Assembly (NCBI GenBank): GCA_902622665.1
Contig: CACNQV010000003.1
Location: forward strand, 21,678-85,677
Reading direction: 5' to 3'
DNA: 64,000 nt
Origin: an uncultured Candidatus Actinomarina sp.
Lineage (GTDB): Bacteria > Actinomycetota > Acidimicrobiia > Actinomarinales > Actinomarinaceae
Part shown: positions 50,071 through 59,039 of the stretch, one piece after another
Position numbering within the stretch: the stretch's first letter is position 1
Layout of the letters: every line of letters begins with the position of its first letter
Position numbers and translations under genes: made by a program
Notes under the pieces: generated by a model
Databases searched by the model: none
What the model saw: the letters and a program-made list of their open reading frames with translations, nothing else
What the model was told of the DNA's origin: nothing

Positions 50071-50961
50071 TTAAAGCGAATTAATAAATAAATTATTTTT
50101 TACAAGATCAATGCTTACATATATATACGAAATCCACAAAAAGTCAGCAATTGCAAGGTGTAATATGCTTAATGGGAGAATAATATTTGATAAAACATTT
50201 AAAAATCCAAGAAATACCGCTACAAATATAAGTGTTTGAAGTGGTTTTACACGTATATTATATTTTTTATTAATTCGCACTGAATAAACATAAAGAACTA
50301 AAGATAAAGCAGAAGACACTATTGGATGTAAAATTCTTAATCTTGTTAATATTTCAGATGTCCTATCAAAATCAGCTAAAAAACCCTCTATAAATGATGC
50401 ACTTGGAAACAAAACATCCGCTAATGCAGCAATAGATCCTGTGGCACCACTTAGTAAAAATAGGCTTGAAATAAATATAAAGTTTTTATTAAACATTGAA
50501 ATTAATTCTTCAATATTTTCGTCCAAAATTTTATACAATATTGCATAACACCCAAGCAAACCAAAAGTGTTTACCAAATGAATTGGTACAGCAATTATTC
50601 TTGGTAGTGAACTATTAAGACCAACCCATTCAAAAATCACTATTACGGCACCTATTAATGCTTCAAAAATTACAAAAAATGTAAGATAATTTGTTACAGT
50701 TCTTACCAAAGAATTTTTTTGAAATTTACGTGTCTTTGCAAAAATTATTAAAGTAACAATTAATAAAACGCCACTTACAGAGCGGTGTGAGAATTCAATT
50801 AACTCTGAAGTATCTGACAAAGCAGGTATTATTCTTCCCTTGCATGTTGGCCATGTTGCTCCACAACCATCTCCTGACCCCGTAGCTCTTACAAATGCGC
50901 CTGCCAAAATAGATAAAATAGATAAATAAAGTCCAGCTTTTGCATAAAAGTTAACCTTCAT
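50071..50961 (-). CDS. ctaA: Heme A synthase (COX15/CtaA family)
   Basis: 296 aa. RATGSGDGCGATWPTCKG Cys pair and conserved His residues in TM helices (EFSHR, PIHL, ILHP, ILHL). Confidence 0.85.
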   Translation of the reverse strand: MKVNFYAKAGLYLSILSILAGAFVRATGSGDGCGATWPTCKGRIIPALSDTSELIEFSHRSVSGVLLIVTLIIFAKTRKFQKNSLVRTVTNYLTFFVIFEALIGAVIVIFEWVGLNSSLPRIIAVPIHLVNTFGLLGCYAILYKILDENIEELISMFNKNFIFISSLFLLSGATGSIAALADVLFPSASFIEGFLADFDRTSEILTRLRILHPIVSSALSLVLYVYSVRINKKYNIRVKPLQTLIFVAVFLGFLNVLSNIILPLSILHLAIADFLWISYIYVSIDLVKNNLFINSL

Positions 50962-51560
50962 AATAAGTTATCTAAAAATACTCTGAGTGAATCCCAAAAT
51001 AAGGAGAAAGAGTTGTAAATTACTATACCAAGAACTGCGAGCAGAGCAGCTGTTTTAAGATTACGAGTGAAATAAAAACCAATTTGTTTTTGATCATATA
51101 TATATGGGTCTTCTTCAGAAAATTCAAGGAGATTTGTAATTTGTATTGGCTTTGTAAGATATTCTTCTAAAATATCTTCCGTTACCTCTGGAACATCCAT
51201 GGATTCGTAATCAAAATCATTAATGGTTGTCTCTTTTTTTTGGAAGCTATTTCGAAGTTTATCAATTTTAGTTTGTTTGATTTGCACATCATCATTTTTT
51301 ATTGAGAATAGGCTCTCTTCAGTTAATAATGAACCGACTTCTTTTAATTGTTCTGTTGAGAATCCGTCGAGTGTATCGGTTATTTCGGTACCTAACAATC
51401 CCTCAAGAGCATTAATAATTTTTTTGTCTGTGGGAAAACTTATTCCAGCTTCCCATTGCTTAACATCTTTTACTTTTACACCTGTAAAAGAAGCAATCTG
51501 CTTATTACTCAATCCTCTATCAGCTTTAAGTCTTTTAAATTCTACTTGAAAATTATTCAT
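50958..51560 (-). CDS. Membrane-anchored XRE-type helix-turn-helix protein
   Basis: The tracked 246-aa ORF (to 51698) runs antisense through the tRNA gene. The credible start is the Met at 51560 (MNNFQVEFKRLKADRGLSNKQIASFTGVKVKDVKQWEAG..). It has an HTH N-terminus, an acidic linker and one C-terminal TM helix, and overlaps ctaA by 4 nt. Confidence 0.6.
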   Translation of the reverse strand: MNNFQVEFKRLKADRGLSNKQIASFTGVKVKDVKQWEAGISFPTDKKIINALEGLLGTEITDTLDGFSTEQLKEVGSLLTEESLFSIKNDDVQIKQTKIDKLRNSFQKKETTINDFDYESMDVPEVTEDILEEYLTKPIQITNLLEFSEEDPYIYDQKQIGFYFTRNLKTAALLAVLGIVIYNSFSLFWDSLRVFLDNLL

Positions 51561-51611
51561 TACTTTAATTCTATTCAATATAATTTTTTTTATATAACTA
51601 GTCTTAAGTAC

Positions 51612-51703
51612 GGAGGTGAATGAGCGCCTGGTGGGCTCCACAGTCTTCAAAACTGTTGAAAGGTGTAAAAGTCTTTGGCAGGTTCGATTCCTGTCCACCT
51701 CCG
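51612..51703 (+). tRNA. selC: tRNA-Sec (anticodon UCA)
   Basis: - Acceptor: GGAGGUG(A)/(C)CACCUCC, extended to an 8th position.
- D-arm: GAGC(G)CC-UGGU-GGGCUC, 6 bp with a 4-nt loop.
- Anticodon arm: ACAGU-CUUCAAA-ACUGU, giving anticodon UCA.
- Variable arm: about 22 nt.
- T-arm: GCAGG-UUCGAUU-CCUGU.
- Discriminator G; no encoded CCA.
- The anticodon loop and T-arm are nearly identical to E. coli selC as I recall it. Confidence 0.85.
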
Positions 51704-51738
51704 CTACTTTATAAGATATATATGTTTAATATTAGAAA

Positions 51739-52068
51739 ATGGCAGAAGAAAAAAGCTTACTAGACGAAGTGCAGGAAGCACCTGCTGGATTCAAGGTCTC
51801 ACCTGGATGGAGAGTTGGCCACCTTAAAGAAGAGACAATTACTAAATCAGGGCTTCTTGTACCAGCTGGTAGTGAAAAAACTTCAGAGGCTCTTCCTCTC
51901 ATTGATGTTGATACAGGACAGCAGTTTTGGGCTGTAGCTAGTGGTGCATGGAAATTTATATGGCCACCGACTGGGAAAGTAGTTCTAGCTGTAAGAGAAT
52001 CACAAATTATTGCTGAAGAAGAGCTTTCAAAATCATCTGAAAATGGCCAATTACCTATAATGAAATAA
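51739..52068 (+). CDS. Hypothetical small protein; faint GroES/Cpn10-like resemblance
   Basis: 109 aa, no Cys. KEETITKSGLLVPAGSEKT and VVLAVRESQIIAEEE loosely echo the Cpn10 mobile-loop and C-terminal strands. Its stop abuts the hflX start. The functional call is weak. Confidence 0.4.
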   Translation: MAEEKSLLDEVQEAPAGFKVSPGWRVGHLKEETITKSGLLVPAGSEKTSEALPLIDVDTGQQFWAVASGAWKFIWPPTGKVVLAVRESQIIAEEELSKSSENGQLPIMK

Positions 52069-53388
52069 TTGAATCAAAGAAATAATCCTAACCAATCAGA
52101 CAGAAGACTTTTAACGGTATCCGACAGAGATATCTTTGTCACTACTCAAAAAGCATTACTAATTGGAATAGTTTTAAAAAATGAAATAAGAGCTGACAAG
52201 GAAGAGTCTCTTAAAGAGCTAGTAAATTTAGTCAAAACTGCTGGATCAAGTCCTACAATAATTCAGACTAAAAGAGTTGAAAAAATTGATCCTAAAACTT
52301 TTATTGGAAAAGGTTCAATAAAAGAGCTGGTGGATATCTCAAATGCAAATGATATTGATGTGGTTTTGTTTGATTGCGAACTAACTCCAAATCAACAAAA
52401 AGAATTGAGAGCTTTGTTTAAATGTGATGTAGTGGACAGGACTGGACTTATACTTGATATATTCGCACTTCATGCTCAGTCGAAGGAAGCTAGTTTACAA
52501 GTTGAATTAGCTTTATCAATTTACTTAAAACCACGTTTAGCTGGCTTGGGTAAAACTTTAAATCAGCAGGGCGGTGGTATAGGAACAAGAGGGCCTGGTG
52601 AAACAAAGCTTGAAACAGACAGTAGATTAATTGACAACAGAATTAATAAATTAAAAAGGGAAATTAAAAAAGTTAGTAAACAAAGAGAAGTGCAATCTGG
52701 CTTTAGAAAGAAAAATAATACACCACTTGTTTCAATTGTTGGTTATACGAATGCAGGAAAATCTACAATGCTGGAAAAAATTACATCTTCTAAAACATAC
52801 GTGGCTAATGAGCTATTCGCAACTGTTGATTCTTTGCAAAGAGAATTAAAAATTGATGGAATAAATGAGCACATAATACTCTCAGATACAGTTGGATTTA
52901 TTCAAAATCTTCCAACTACATTGATCGAATCTTTTAAGTCAACACTTACAGTCGTTAAAGAAGCAAATTTATTAATTCATGTTGTTGACGCAGCATCTGC
53001 AATACCCGAAATGCACATAAATACTGTACATGAAATATTGGACCAGATTGAAGCGGATGTTCCCGAAATATTAGTTTTTAATAAAATAGATAGAATTGAC
53101 AAGGCATCTTTAAATTATTTAACAGAAAAATATACAGATGCATTATTTGTATCATCAACAAAGGGCACTAACATTGAAAAATTAATTTCTCAGATTACAA
53201 CAAACGTCTTTGGTAATCTAAATGAAGTTTCGCTTATAATATCGCCTAAGGACTTGGATCAGTTACACAAGTATTCTTCTATCGTGAGTGTCCAAAATGT
53301 TGAAGAGGGATTAGAAGTAACTGTAGAAATTAGAAATTATTACCTAGAAAATCTGCTTCAAAAAGATGTTGTTAAACTTTTATCATGA
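52069..53388 (+). CDS. hflX: GTPase HflX
   Basis: 439 aa. HflX N-domain (DRTGLILDIFALHAQSKEASLQVELA), G1 GYTNAGKST, G3 DTVGF and G4 NKID. TTG start. Confidence 0.92.
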   Translation: MNQRNNPNQSDRRLLTVSDRDIFVTTQKALLIGIVLKNEIRADKEESLKELVNLVKTAGSSPTIIQTKRVEKIDPKTFIGKGSIKELVDISNANDIDVVLFDCELTPNQQKELRALFKCDVVDRTGLILDIFALHAQSKEASLQVELALSIYLKPRLAGLGKTLNQQGGGIGTRGPGETKLETDSRLIDNRINKLKREIKKVSKQREVQSGFRKKNNTPLVSIVGYTNAGKSTMLEKITSSKTYVANELFATVDSLQRELKIDGINEHIILSDTVGFIQNLPTTLIESFKSTLTVVKEANLLIHVVDAASAIPEMHINTVHEILDQIEADVPEILVFNKIDRIDKASLNYLTEKYTDALFVSSTKGTNIEKLISQITTNVFGNLNEVSLIISPKDLDQLHKYSSIVSVQNVEEGLEVTVEIRNYYLENLLQKDVVKLLS

Positions 53389-54737
53389 CTAAATCTATTG
53401 GTTTAATTGGTATTGGAGTAATGGGTAGTAATATTGCTCTTAATTTTTCTGAAAAAGGAACATCTGTTCACGTATTTAATAAATCTGAAGATAAAATTAA
53501 TTCTCTTATAGAGAAAGACTCTTATGGGAACATTTCTGGCTCTACTGACCTCGAGAATTTTATAGAATCTTTACGAAAACCAAGAAAAATTCTTATGTTA
53601 GTTCCATCTGGTAAACCAACATTCGATATGGCAAAAAAAGTAAGTAGATATCTCGAACCAAACGACGTATTGATTGACGGGGGTAATGCATATTATCTTG
53701 ACAGCAACAGACTAGGAGATCTGTGTGCTGAGAAAGAGATAGATTTTATAGGAATGGGTGTTTCGGGAGGAGAAGAGGGTGCAAGAAATGGCCCGGCCTT
53801 AATGATTGGTTCAAAGAAATCAATTAATAGTGAATTAAAAGATTCTTTATCTTCAATAGCTGCTATTTATAAAAACTCACCAAGTATTGGGTTTTATAAA
53901 GGTTATGGAACTGGCCATTTTATTAAAATGCTTCATAACGGTATTGAGTATGCTGAAATGCAAATTATTACTGAGGCTTACCATATTTTAAAAAAAGCAA
54001 ACTATACCAATATTGAGATAAGTGATTTTTTCAACGAATTTTCTACACAAAACAGATCTTCATACTTAATTGAAATAACTTCAGAAATTTTATTAAAGAA
54101 AAACGATTCAGGCTATTTAGTTGATCAAATAAAATCTAATGCAAATCATAAAGGAACAGGCAAACTAACAGTCCAGACATCACTTAACTATGGTTTTCCA
54201 TTACCAAGTGTCTTTGAGGCATTCAATGCAAGAGTAGAGAGTAACTATGAAAACTTCTGGTCAAAAAATATTGATGGACAGTTAATAGATATTTCTTCAA
54301 AATCTTTAAACAACGCAATATATTTTGCAAGACTAGCAACAATGATTCAAGGTCTGCTCTTTATCCAGCATGTGAGTAACAAAGAACAATTAGATATAGA
54401 TTTGAAAGAGGTCTTGCAAAATTGGTCAGCTGGTTGCATTATTAGATCTGACCTTTTAAATGAATTAGGTAATGCAAAATTGCTAAACCCTATTACTACG
54501 ACCTCTTCTATTCAAGATTTATTGCAGAATAATCTCAGTGATGCAAAAGAAGTAATTAAATCTTGTATTAATAGTGGCATCTCAATTCCTGTTATAAATT
54601 CTTCATACAATTGGTTTGTAGGAACATCAAGTACATTTAATCCCTCTGCTTTAATTCAATCTCAAAGAGATTATTTCGGTGCACATCAAGTGCAATTTAA
54701 AAATTCTGACGAATTTATCCACTTGGACTGGGATTGA
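53385..54737 (+). CDS. gnd: 6-phosphogluconate dehydrogenase (decarboxylating)
   Basis: 450 aa. IGLIGIGVMGSNIALN, GMGVSGGEEGARNGPALM and KMLHNGIEYAEMQ. Confidence 0.9.
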   Translation: MTKSIGLIGIGVMGSNIALNFSEKGTSVHVFNKSEDKINSLIEKDSYGNISGSTDLENFIESLRKPRKILMLVPSGKPTFDMAKKVSRYLEPNDVLIDGGNAYYLDSNRLGDLCAEKEIDFIGMGVSGGEEGARNGPALMIGSKKSINSELKDSLSSIAAIYKNSPSIGFYKGYGTGHFIKMLHNGIEYAEMQIITEAYHILKKANYTNIEISDFFNEFSTQNRSSYLIEITSEILLKKNDSGYLVDQIKSNANHKGTGKLTVQTSLNYGFPLPSVFEAFNARVESNYENFWSKNIDGQLIDISSKSLNNAIYFARLATMIQGLLFIQHVSNKEQLDIDLKEVLQNWSAGCIIRSDLLNELGNAKLLNPITTTSSIQDLLQNNLSDAKEVIKSCINSGISIPVINSSYNWFVGTSSTFNPSALIQSQRDYFGAHQVQFKNSDEFIHLDWD

Positions 54738-54762
54738 TTTAAATTCTTACTAATATCTTTAA

Positions 54763-57276
54763 ATGAATGAAAACATTAGGCTACCAAAAATAGCAATACC
54801 TCATAGATACGAAATCAATCTAGATATTCACTTAGAAGAATTTAGCTACGCAGGCAAAGAAATTGTTTTTTTGGAAATAGTTGATGAAACAAAAGAATTA
54901 CAGCTTCACTCATTAGGAATTGATATAGAAAATGCTTTTATAGAAAATGACTCAGGTGAACATATTGAGGCTTCAATTAATTACTTACCTGAAGAAGAGA
55001 AAGTTTCACTTATTTTCGAAGATAAAGTTACTCAAGGAGATTGGCAACTTTATCTTGATTTCAAGGCGACGATAGTAGATGAATTAAGAGGGTTTTACAG
55101 GAGTAGCTTTAAAGACTCAGAGAATAAAGATGTTTGGATTGCGACTACTCAATTCGAACCAACAGCAGCAAGAATGGCATTTCCTTGTTGGGATGAGCCA
55201 GAATTTAAATCTATATTTTCCATAGCTTTAACCACAGACAGTGATTTGATAAGAATTAGTAATGAAAAAGTGTTGAATGAATCAACTGAAAACAATAGAA
55301 CTACAACTAAGTTTGTTGACTCTATGAGAATGTCAACATACCTTGTGGCTTTTGTTGTTGGTAAATTAGAAGTTTCTAAAATAGGGTCCTCAAAAACAAC
55401 TGACGTAGGAATAGTGCATAGGCCAGGTTTTTCTGACCAAACTAATTTTGCTGGCACAGCTGCAATAAAAATTCTGGATTTCTTTGAGGAGTACTACGGG
55501 ATAAATTATCCAGGATCAAAATTAGATCTTATAGCAATACCTGATTTTGCTATGGGTGCAATGGAAAATGTTGGAGCCGTAACTTTTCGAGAAACGCTAC
55601 TTCTTATTGATGTAGAAAAAGCAACAAGAGCAGAATTATCAAGATCTGTTGAAGTAATTGCTCACGAATTAGCTCATATGTGGTTCGGGGACTTGGTAAC
55701 CATGAACTGGTGGGATGGTATTTGGCTAAATGAAGCATTTGCAAGTTTAATGGAAGTTATAGCTTCTGAAGCTACTTACCCCGAGTTTAAATTGTGGAAT
55801 CAGATGAACCTGGACAGGTCAAGAGGGTTTGGAGTTGATTCATTAAAGTCTTCAAGGCCAGTTGAGTTCGAAGTAAAAACTCCAGAAGAAGCGGAAGAAA
55901 TGTTTGATGTATTAACCTATCAAAAAGGTTCTACCGTACTGAGGATGTTTGAAACATTTATAGGTGAGGAAACTTTTAAGGATGGTGTGAGAAAATATCT
56001 AAAAAAATACGAATATAAAAATACACACTCTTCTGACCTTTGGAACGAACTTACAAGTGCAAGTTCTTATAACCTTAATGAAATTCTTCCTACATGGATA
56101 CAACAAGAAGGGTATCCAATTATAAATATCGAAAAAGAAGGTTCCAGTTTTAAAATATCTCAAAAGAAATATTTGATTGATGGAAGCACTGACAGCTCTC
56201 TTTGGAGCGTGCCATTAAATATTAGATACTTAGACAGCGATAAAGTTAATAAGTTAATTATGGATTCTGATTCAATCACGATTGAAAATGATGGTGCAAT
56301 TCCTTTTGTAAATAATGGTGGGTGGTCATTTTTCCACTCATCATATAGTGAAGATATCTTTGAAGAAATATTATTAAATTTTGAAAAACTTGACTTAAAC
56401 GAAAAATATAGAATTTTAGAAGATTCGTGGATGTCATTGCGAATAGGTGAGTTGAAGCTATCACTTTTTATCAAACTTTTAAACTTATACACAGTTGAAA
56501 AAGATGTAAATATTTGGTCTTTAATAAGTAGCATCTTTTCTGCCTTTGCAAAAATTGGAGAAAATGATAGTTTTAAAAATTATGTTAAAGAATTCAGCTA
56601 TCCGTTAATAGAAGCTCTAGGAAAAGAGTACCAAGATAAATTTGATCAAGAAGAATCCCAGTTAAGATCGTTGCTGTGTGGGACTTATGCAAAGATAACT
56701 GAAGATTCAAAATTTATTGAATTTTTTGCAAATCAGTTTATTTCAAATGAATATGAAGAATACGCTGATGGTAATTACTTTAATTTGGTGTTATCAATTG
56801 CTGGAATGAATCAAGAGTGTTCCTCAGAAATATATATTGAAAAGTTTAAAAATTCATCATCACCACAAATAGAAGCAAGATACAGAGGGGTCATCGGTAC
56901 ATTAAGCGACCCTGGTACTCCAAAAAATGTAATTGGAGCAATTTTGGATCAAACAATCAGAGGAGCAGATGCACCTTATATAATCGCTACTTTACTTTCA
57001 AATACTAAGAATGCTTCTAATGGATTTATAGAAATAAAAAATAATTGGAGCGCCTTGCTCGAATTAATGCCTGGATGGACAGCATCACGAATACTCGATT
57101 CTCTGCCATCAATATATGACGAGTTACTAAGTGAAGAAATTAAATCTTTTGTTAGTGAAAATCCACTTCCATCAGCCGAAAAAATAACAAAGCAAAATAT
57201 TGAGCGATTGGATGCGAATATAAAATTTAAAAACACAATAAAGGATGAGTTTATTAATACTAAATTTGAACTGTAA
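54763..57276 (+). CDS. pepN: Aminopeptidase N (M1 family)
   Basis: 837 aa. GAMEN exopeptidase motif and HELAHMWFGDLVT..WLNEAFA (HExxH-x18-E). Confidence 0.93.
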   Translation: MNENIRLPKIAIPHRYEINLDIHLEEFSYAGKEIVFLEIVDETKELQLHSLGIDIENAFIENDSGEHIEASINYLPEEEKVSLIFEDKVTQGDWQLYLDFKATIVDELRGFYRSSFKDSENKDVWIATTQFEPTAARMAFPCWDEPEFKSIFSIALTTDSDLIRISNEKVLNESTENNRTTTKFVDSMRMSTYLVAFVVGKLEVSKIGSSKTTDVGIVHRPGFSDQTNFAGTAAIKILDFFEEYYGINYPGSKLDLIAIPDFAMGAMENVGAVTFRETLLLIDVEKATRAELSRSVEVIAHELAHMWFGDLVTMNWWDGIWLNEAFASLMEVIASEATYPEFKLWNQMNLDRSRGFGVDSLKSSRPVEFEVKTPEEAEEMFDVLTYQKGSTVLRMFETFIGEETFKDGVRKYLKKYEYKNTHSSDLWNELTSASSYNLNEILPTWIQQEGYPIINIEKEGSSFKISQKKYLIDGSTDSSLWSVPLNIRYLDSDKVNKLIMDSDSITIENDGAIPFVNNGGWSFFHSSYSEDIFEEILLNFEKLDLNEKYRILEDSWMSLRIGELKLSLFIKLLNLYTVEKDVNIWSLISSIFSAFAKIGENDSFKNYVKEFSYPLIEALGKEYQDKFDQEESQLRSLLCGTYAKITEDSKFIEFFANQFISNEYEEYADGNYFNLVLSIAGMNQECSSEIYIEKFKNSSSPQIEARYRGVIGTLSDPGTPKNVIGAILDQTIRGADAPYIIATLLSNTKNASNGFIEIKNNWSALLELMPGWTASRILDSLPSIYDELLSEEIKSFVSENPLPSAEKITKQNIERLDANIKFKNTIKDEFINTKFEL

Positions 57277-57287
57277 GGAGAATAAAT

Positions 57288-58103
57288 ATGAAACCAAGAA
57301 TAGCTGTATTTTTACAACCACAACATGCTGAGTACGATCAAATAAGGGCTGCTGCAATCGAGTCTGAAAAAATAGGTGCAGATGTAATTTATAATTGGGA
57401 TCATTTTTACCCCCTATACAAAGAAGATGGAACCCAGTGGGCCGAAGGAGAAAGACGTGAAGGTAAACATTTTGAATGCTGGACAATGCTTTCAAGTTGG
57501 GCAGAGGTAACTAACTCTGTCGAGATAGGTCCTTTAGTAACATGTAACTCTTATAGAAATCCAGAACTACTTGCTGATATGGCTAGAACTGTTGACCATA
57601 TATCAGATGGTAGATTAATTTTTGGAATAGGTTCAGGCTGGTTTGAACAAGACTATGAAGAGTATGGTTACGAATTTGGCACTGCAATATGGAGATTAAA
57701 AGAATTAGAAAAATCACTCGAAAGAATTGTTAACAGAATGGGAAAACTCAATCCTCAACCTAAACGAAAAATCCCTATTCTTATCGGTGGTGGTGGAGAA
57801 AAAGTTACTTTAAGATTAGTGGCTCAGTATGCAGATATATGGCATGGATTTGCAACAAAAACTGATGAAAGAAGTGGGATTGAAACAGTCGCACACAAAA
57901 ATAATGTACTTAATGACTGGTGTGACAAAGTAGGAAGAGATCCAAATGAAATCAAAAGATCAATTGGAATTGATATAAAAAGAATAGATTTGGCAGATGA
58001 TTTGCTAGAAGCTGGTGCAACTGAAATTACGCTCGCTGTGAATGGGCCAGGATACGACCTCACACAAGTAAAAAAGTGGATTGCATGGAGAGATTCTAAA
58101 TAG
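57288..58103 (+). CDS. Luciferase-like monooxygenase (LLM) family oxidoreductase, probably F420-dependent class
   Basis: 271 aa. TIM-barrel LLM pattern (ECWTMLS.WA, DHISDGRLIFGIGSGW, ILIGGGGEK). The cofactor call is an inference from similarity to actinobacterial LLM proteins. Confidence 0.75.
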   Translation: MKPRIAVFLQPQHAEYDQIRAAAIESEKIGADVIYNWDHFYPLYKEDGTQWAEGERREGKHFECWTMLSSWAEVTNSVEIGPLVTCNSYRNPELLADMARTVDHISDGRLIFGIGSGWFEQDYEEYGYEFGTAIWRLKELEKSLERIVNRMGKLNPQPKRKIPILIGGGGEKVTLRLVAQYADIWHGFATKTDERSGIETVAHKNNVLNDWCDKVGRDPNEIKRSIGIDIKRIDLADDLLEAGATEITLAVNGPGYDLTQVKKWIAWRDSK

Positions 58104-58115
58104 AAAATTGAAATC

Positions 58116-59039
58116 ATGGACATAATCATTCTTCTTGTTGGGTTTTCGATTGGATTAGTCTTACTAGTAAAGGGAGCTGATGAAATGGTTAGCTCTGCAG
58201 TCCAAATAGCTTTAAAATTCAAACTTCCGAGTTCGATTATTGGTGCAACATTTATTGGGTTTGGCACTTCTGCTCCTGAACTTTTTGCAAGTACCGGGGC
58301 TGCGCTGAAGGGTGACCTGGATCTTGGTATTGGCAACATAGTAGGTTCCAATATTGCTAATTCTTTACTTGTAGTAGCTGTTTTATATTTAGCATTACCT
58401 AAAGATTTTTCACAAAAAATAAAATTAAATCAAATCAGTCCAGTATGGATGGCAATACTCACAACAGTTTTTGTTTCTACTTATGTAATTACCAATGAGT
58501 TTCCTTTTTTACTTGGAGCAGTTTTACTAATTCTTGTGATCTATGTCATTTATAAAATGATTAGCACTGAGAGTGTCGATGAAGGAGAGCTACTTGGGGA
58601 AGAAAAAAATTACATATGGTTAAGAGGCGGATTATCACTTCTCGCTACTCTCTATGGCAGCCAATTAGTTGTAGACAATGCTGTTGCAATTGCTGAGCTA
58701 TTTGGAGTGTCTTCACTAATTATTGGATCAACAATTATTGCTATTGGCACTAGCCTGCCAGAGGTTGCTGGAACAATTTCAGCAGCAAAGATGCGTAAAC
58801 CTGATATAGTTTTTGGAAATATTTTTGGTTCAAACTTATTTAATATCGGACTTGTCGGAGCAACAGCAATAATGATAAGTCCCGGTGAAATTAGCTCTGT
58901 AATTGATTATCAGCTTTTTATTATGTATTTTGTTTCTTTTGTTGTGATTTTTCTTTCAAGAAATATAATAAAAAGAAATTCCTTACTCGGATATTTATTT
59001 ATTGTTGCTTATATTCTGTTTCTTGTTAGTTTGTTTTAA
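58116..59039 (+). CDS. Ca2+/Na+ antiporter (CaCA family, YrbG-like)
   Basis: 307 aa. Two alpha-repeat motifs: GTSAPELF..GNIVGSNIAN and GTSLPEV..GNIFGSNLFN. Confidence 0.85.
   Translation: MDIIILLVGFSIGLVLLVKGADEMVSSAVQIALKFKLPSSIIGATFIGFGTSAPELFASTGAALKGDLDLGIGNIVGSNIANSLLVVAVLYLALPKDFSQKIKLNQISPVWMAILTTVFVSTYVITNEFPFLLGAVLLILVIYVIYKMISTESVDEGELLGEEKNYIWLRGGLSLLATLYGSQLVVDNAVAIAELFGVSSLIIGSTIIAIGTSLPEVAGTISAAKMRKPDIVFGNIFGSNLFNIGLVGATAIMISPGEISSVIDYQLFIMYFVSFVVIFLSRNIIKRNSLLGYLFIVAYILFLVSLF

Noticed and set aside
51561-51698. N-terminal 46 codons of the tracked 246-aa ORF (50958..51698)
   Set aside because: This part of the ORF is antisense to the tRNA-Sec gene and translates to an unconvincing basic/Cys-containing peptide. 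A clean Met (51560) begins a recognisable HTH domain, so I shortened the CDS.
51612-51703. Possibility that the UCA tRNA signals a UGA reassignment (genetic code 4 or 25) rather than Sec
   Set aside because: Conserved genes in the window terminate at TGA at their expected ends (ctaD, gnd, hflX). The tRNA also has the Sec-specific long variable arm, 6-bp D-stem and extended acceptor, not a Trp- or Gly-like body.
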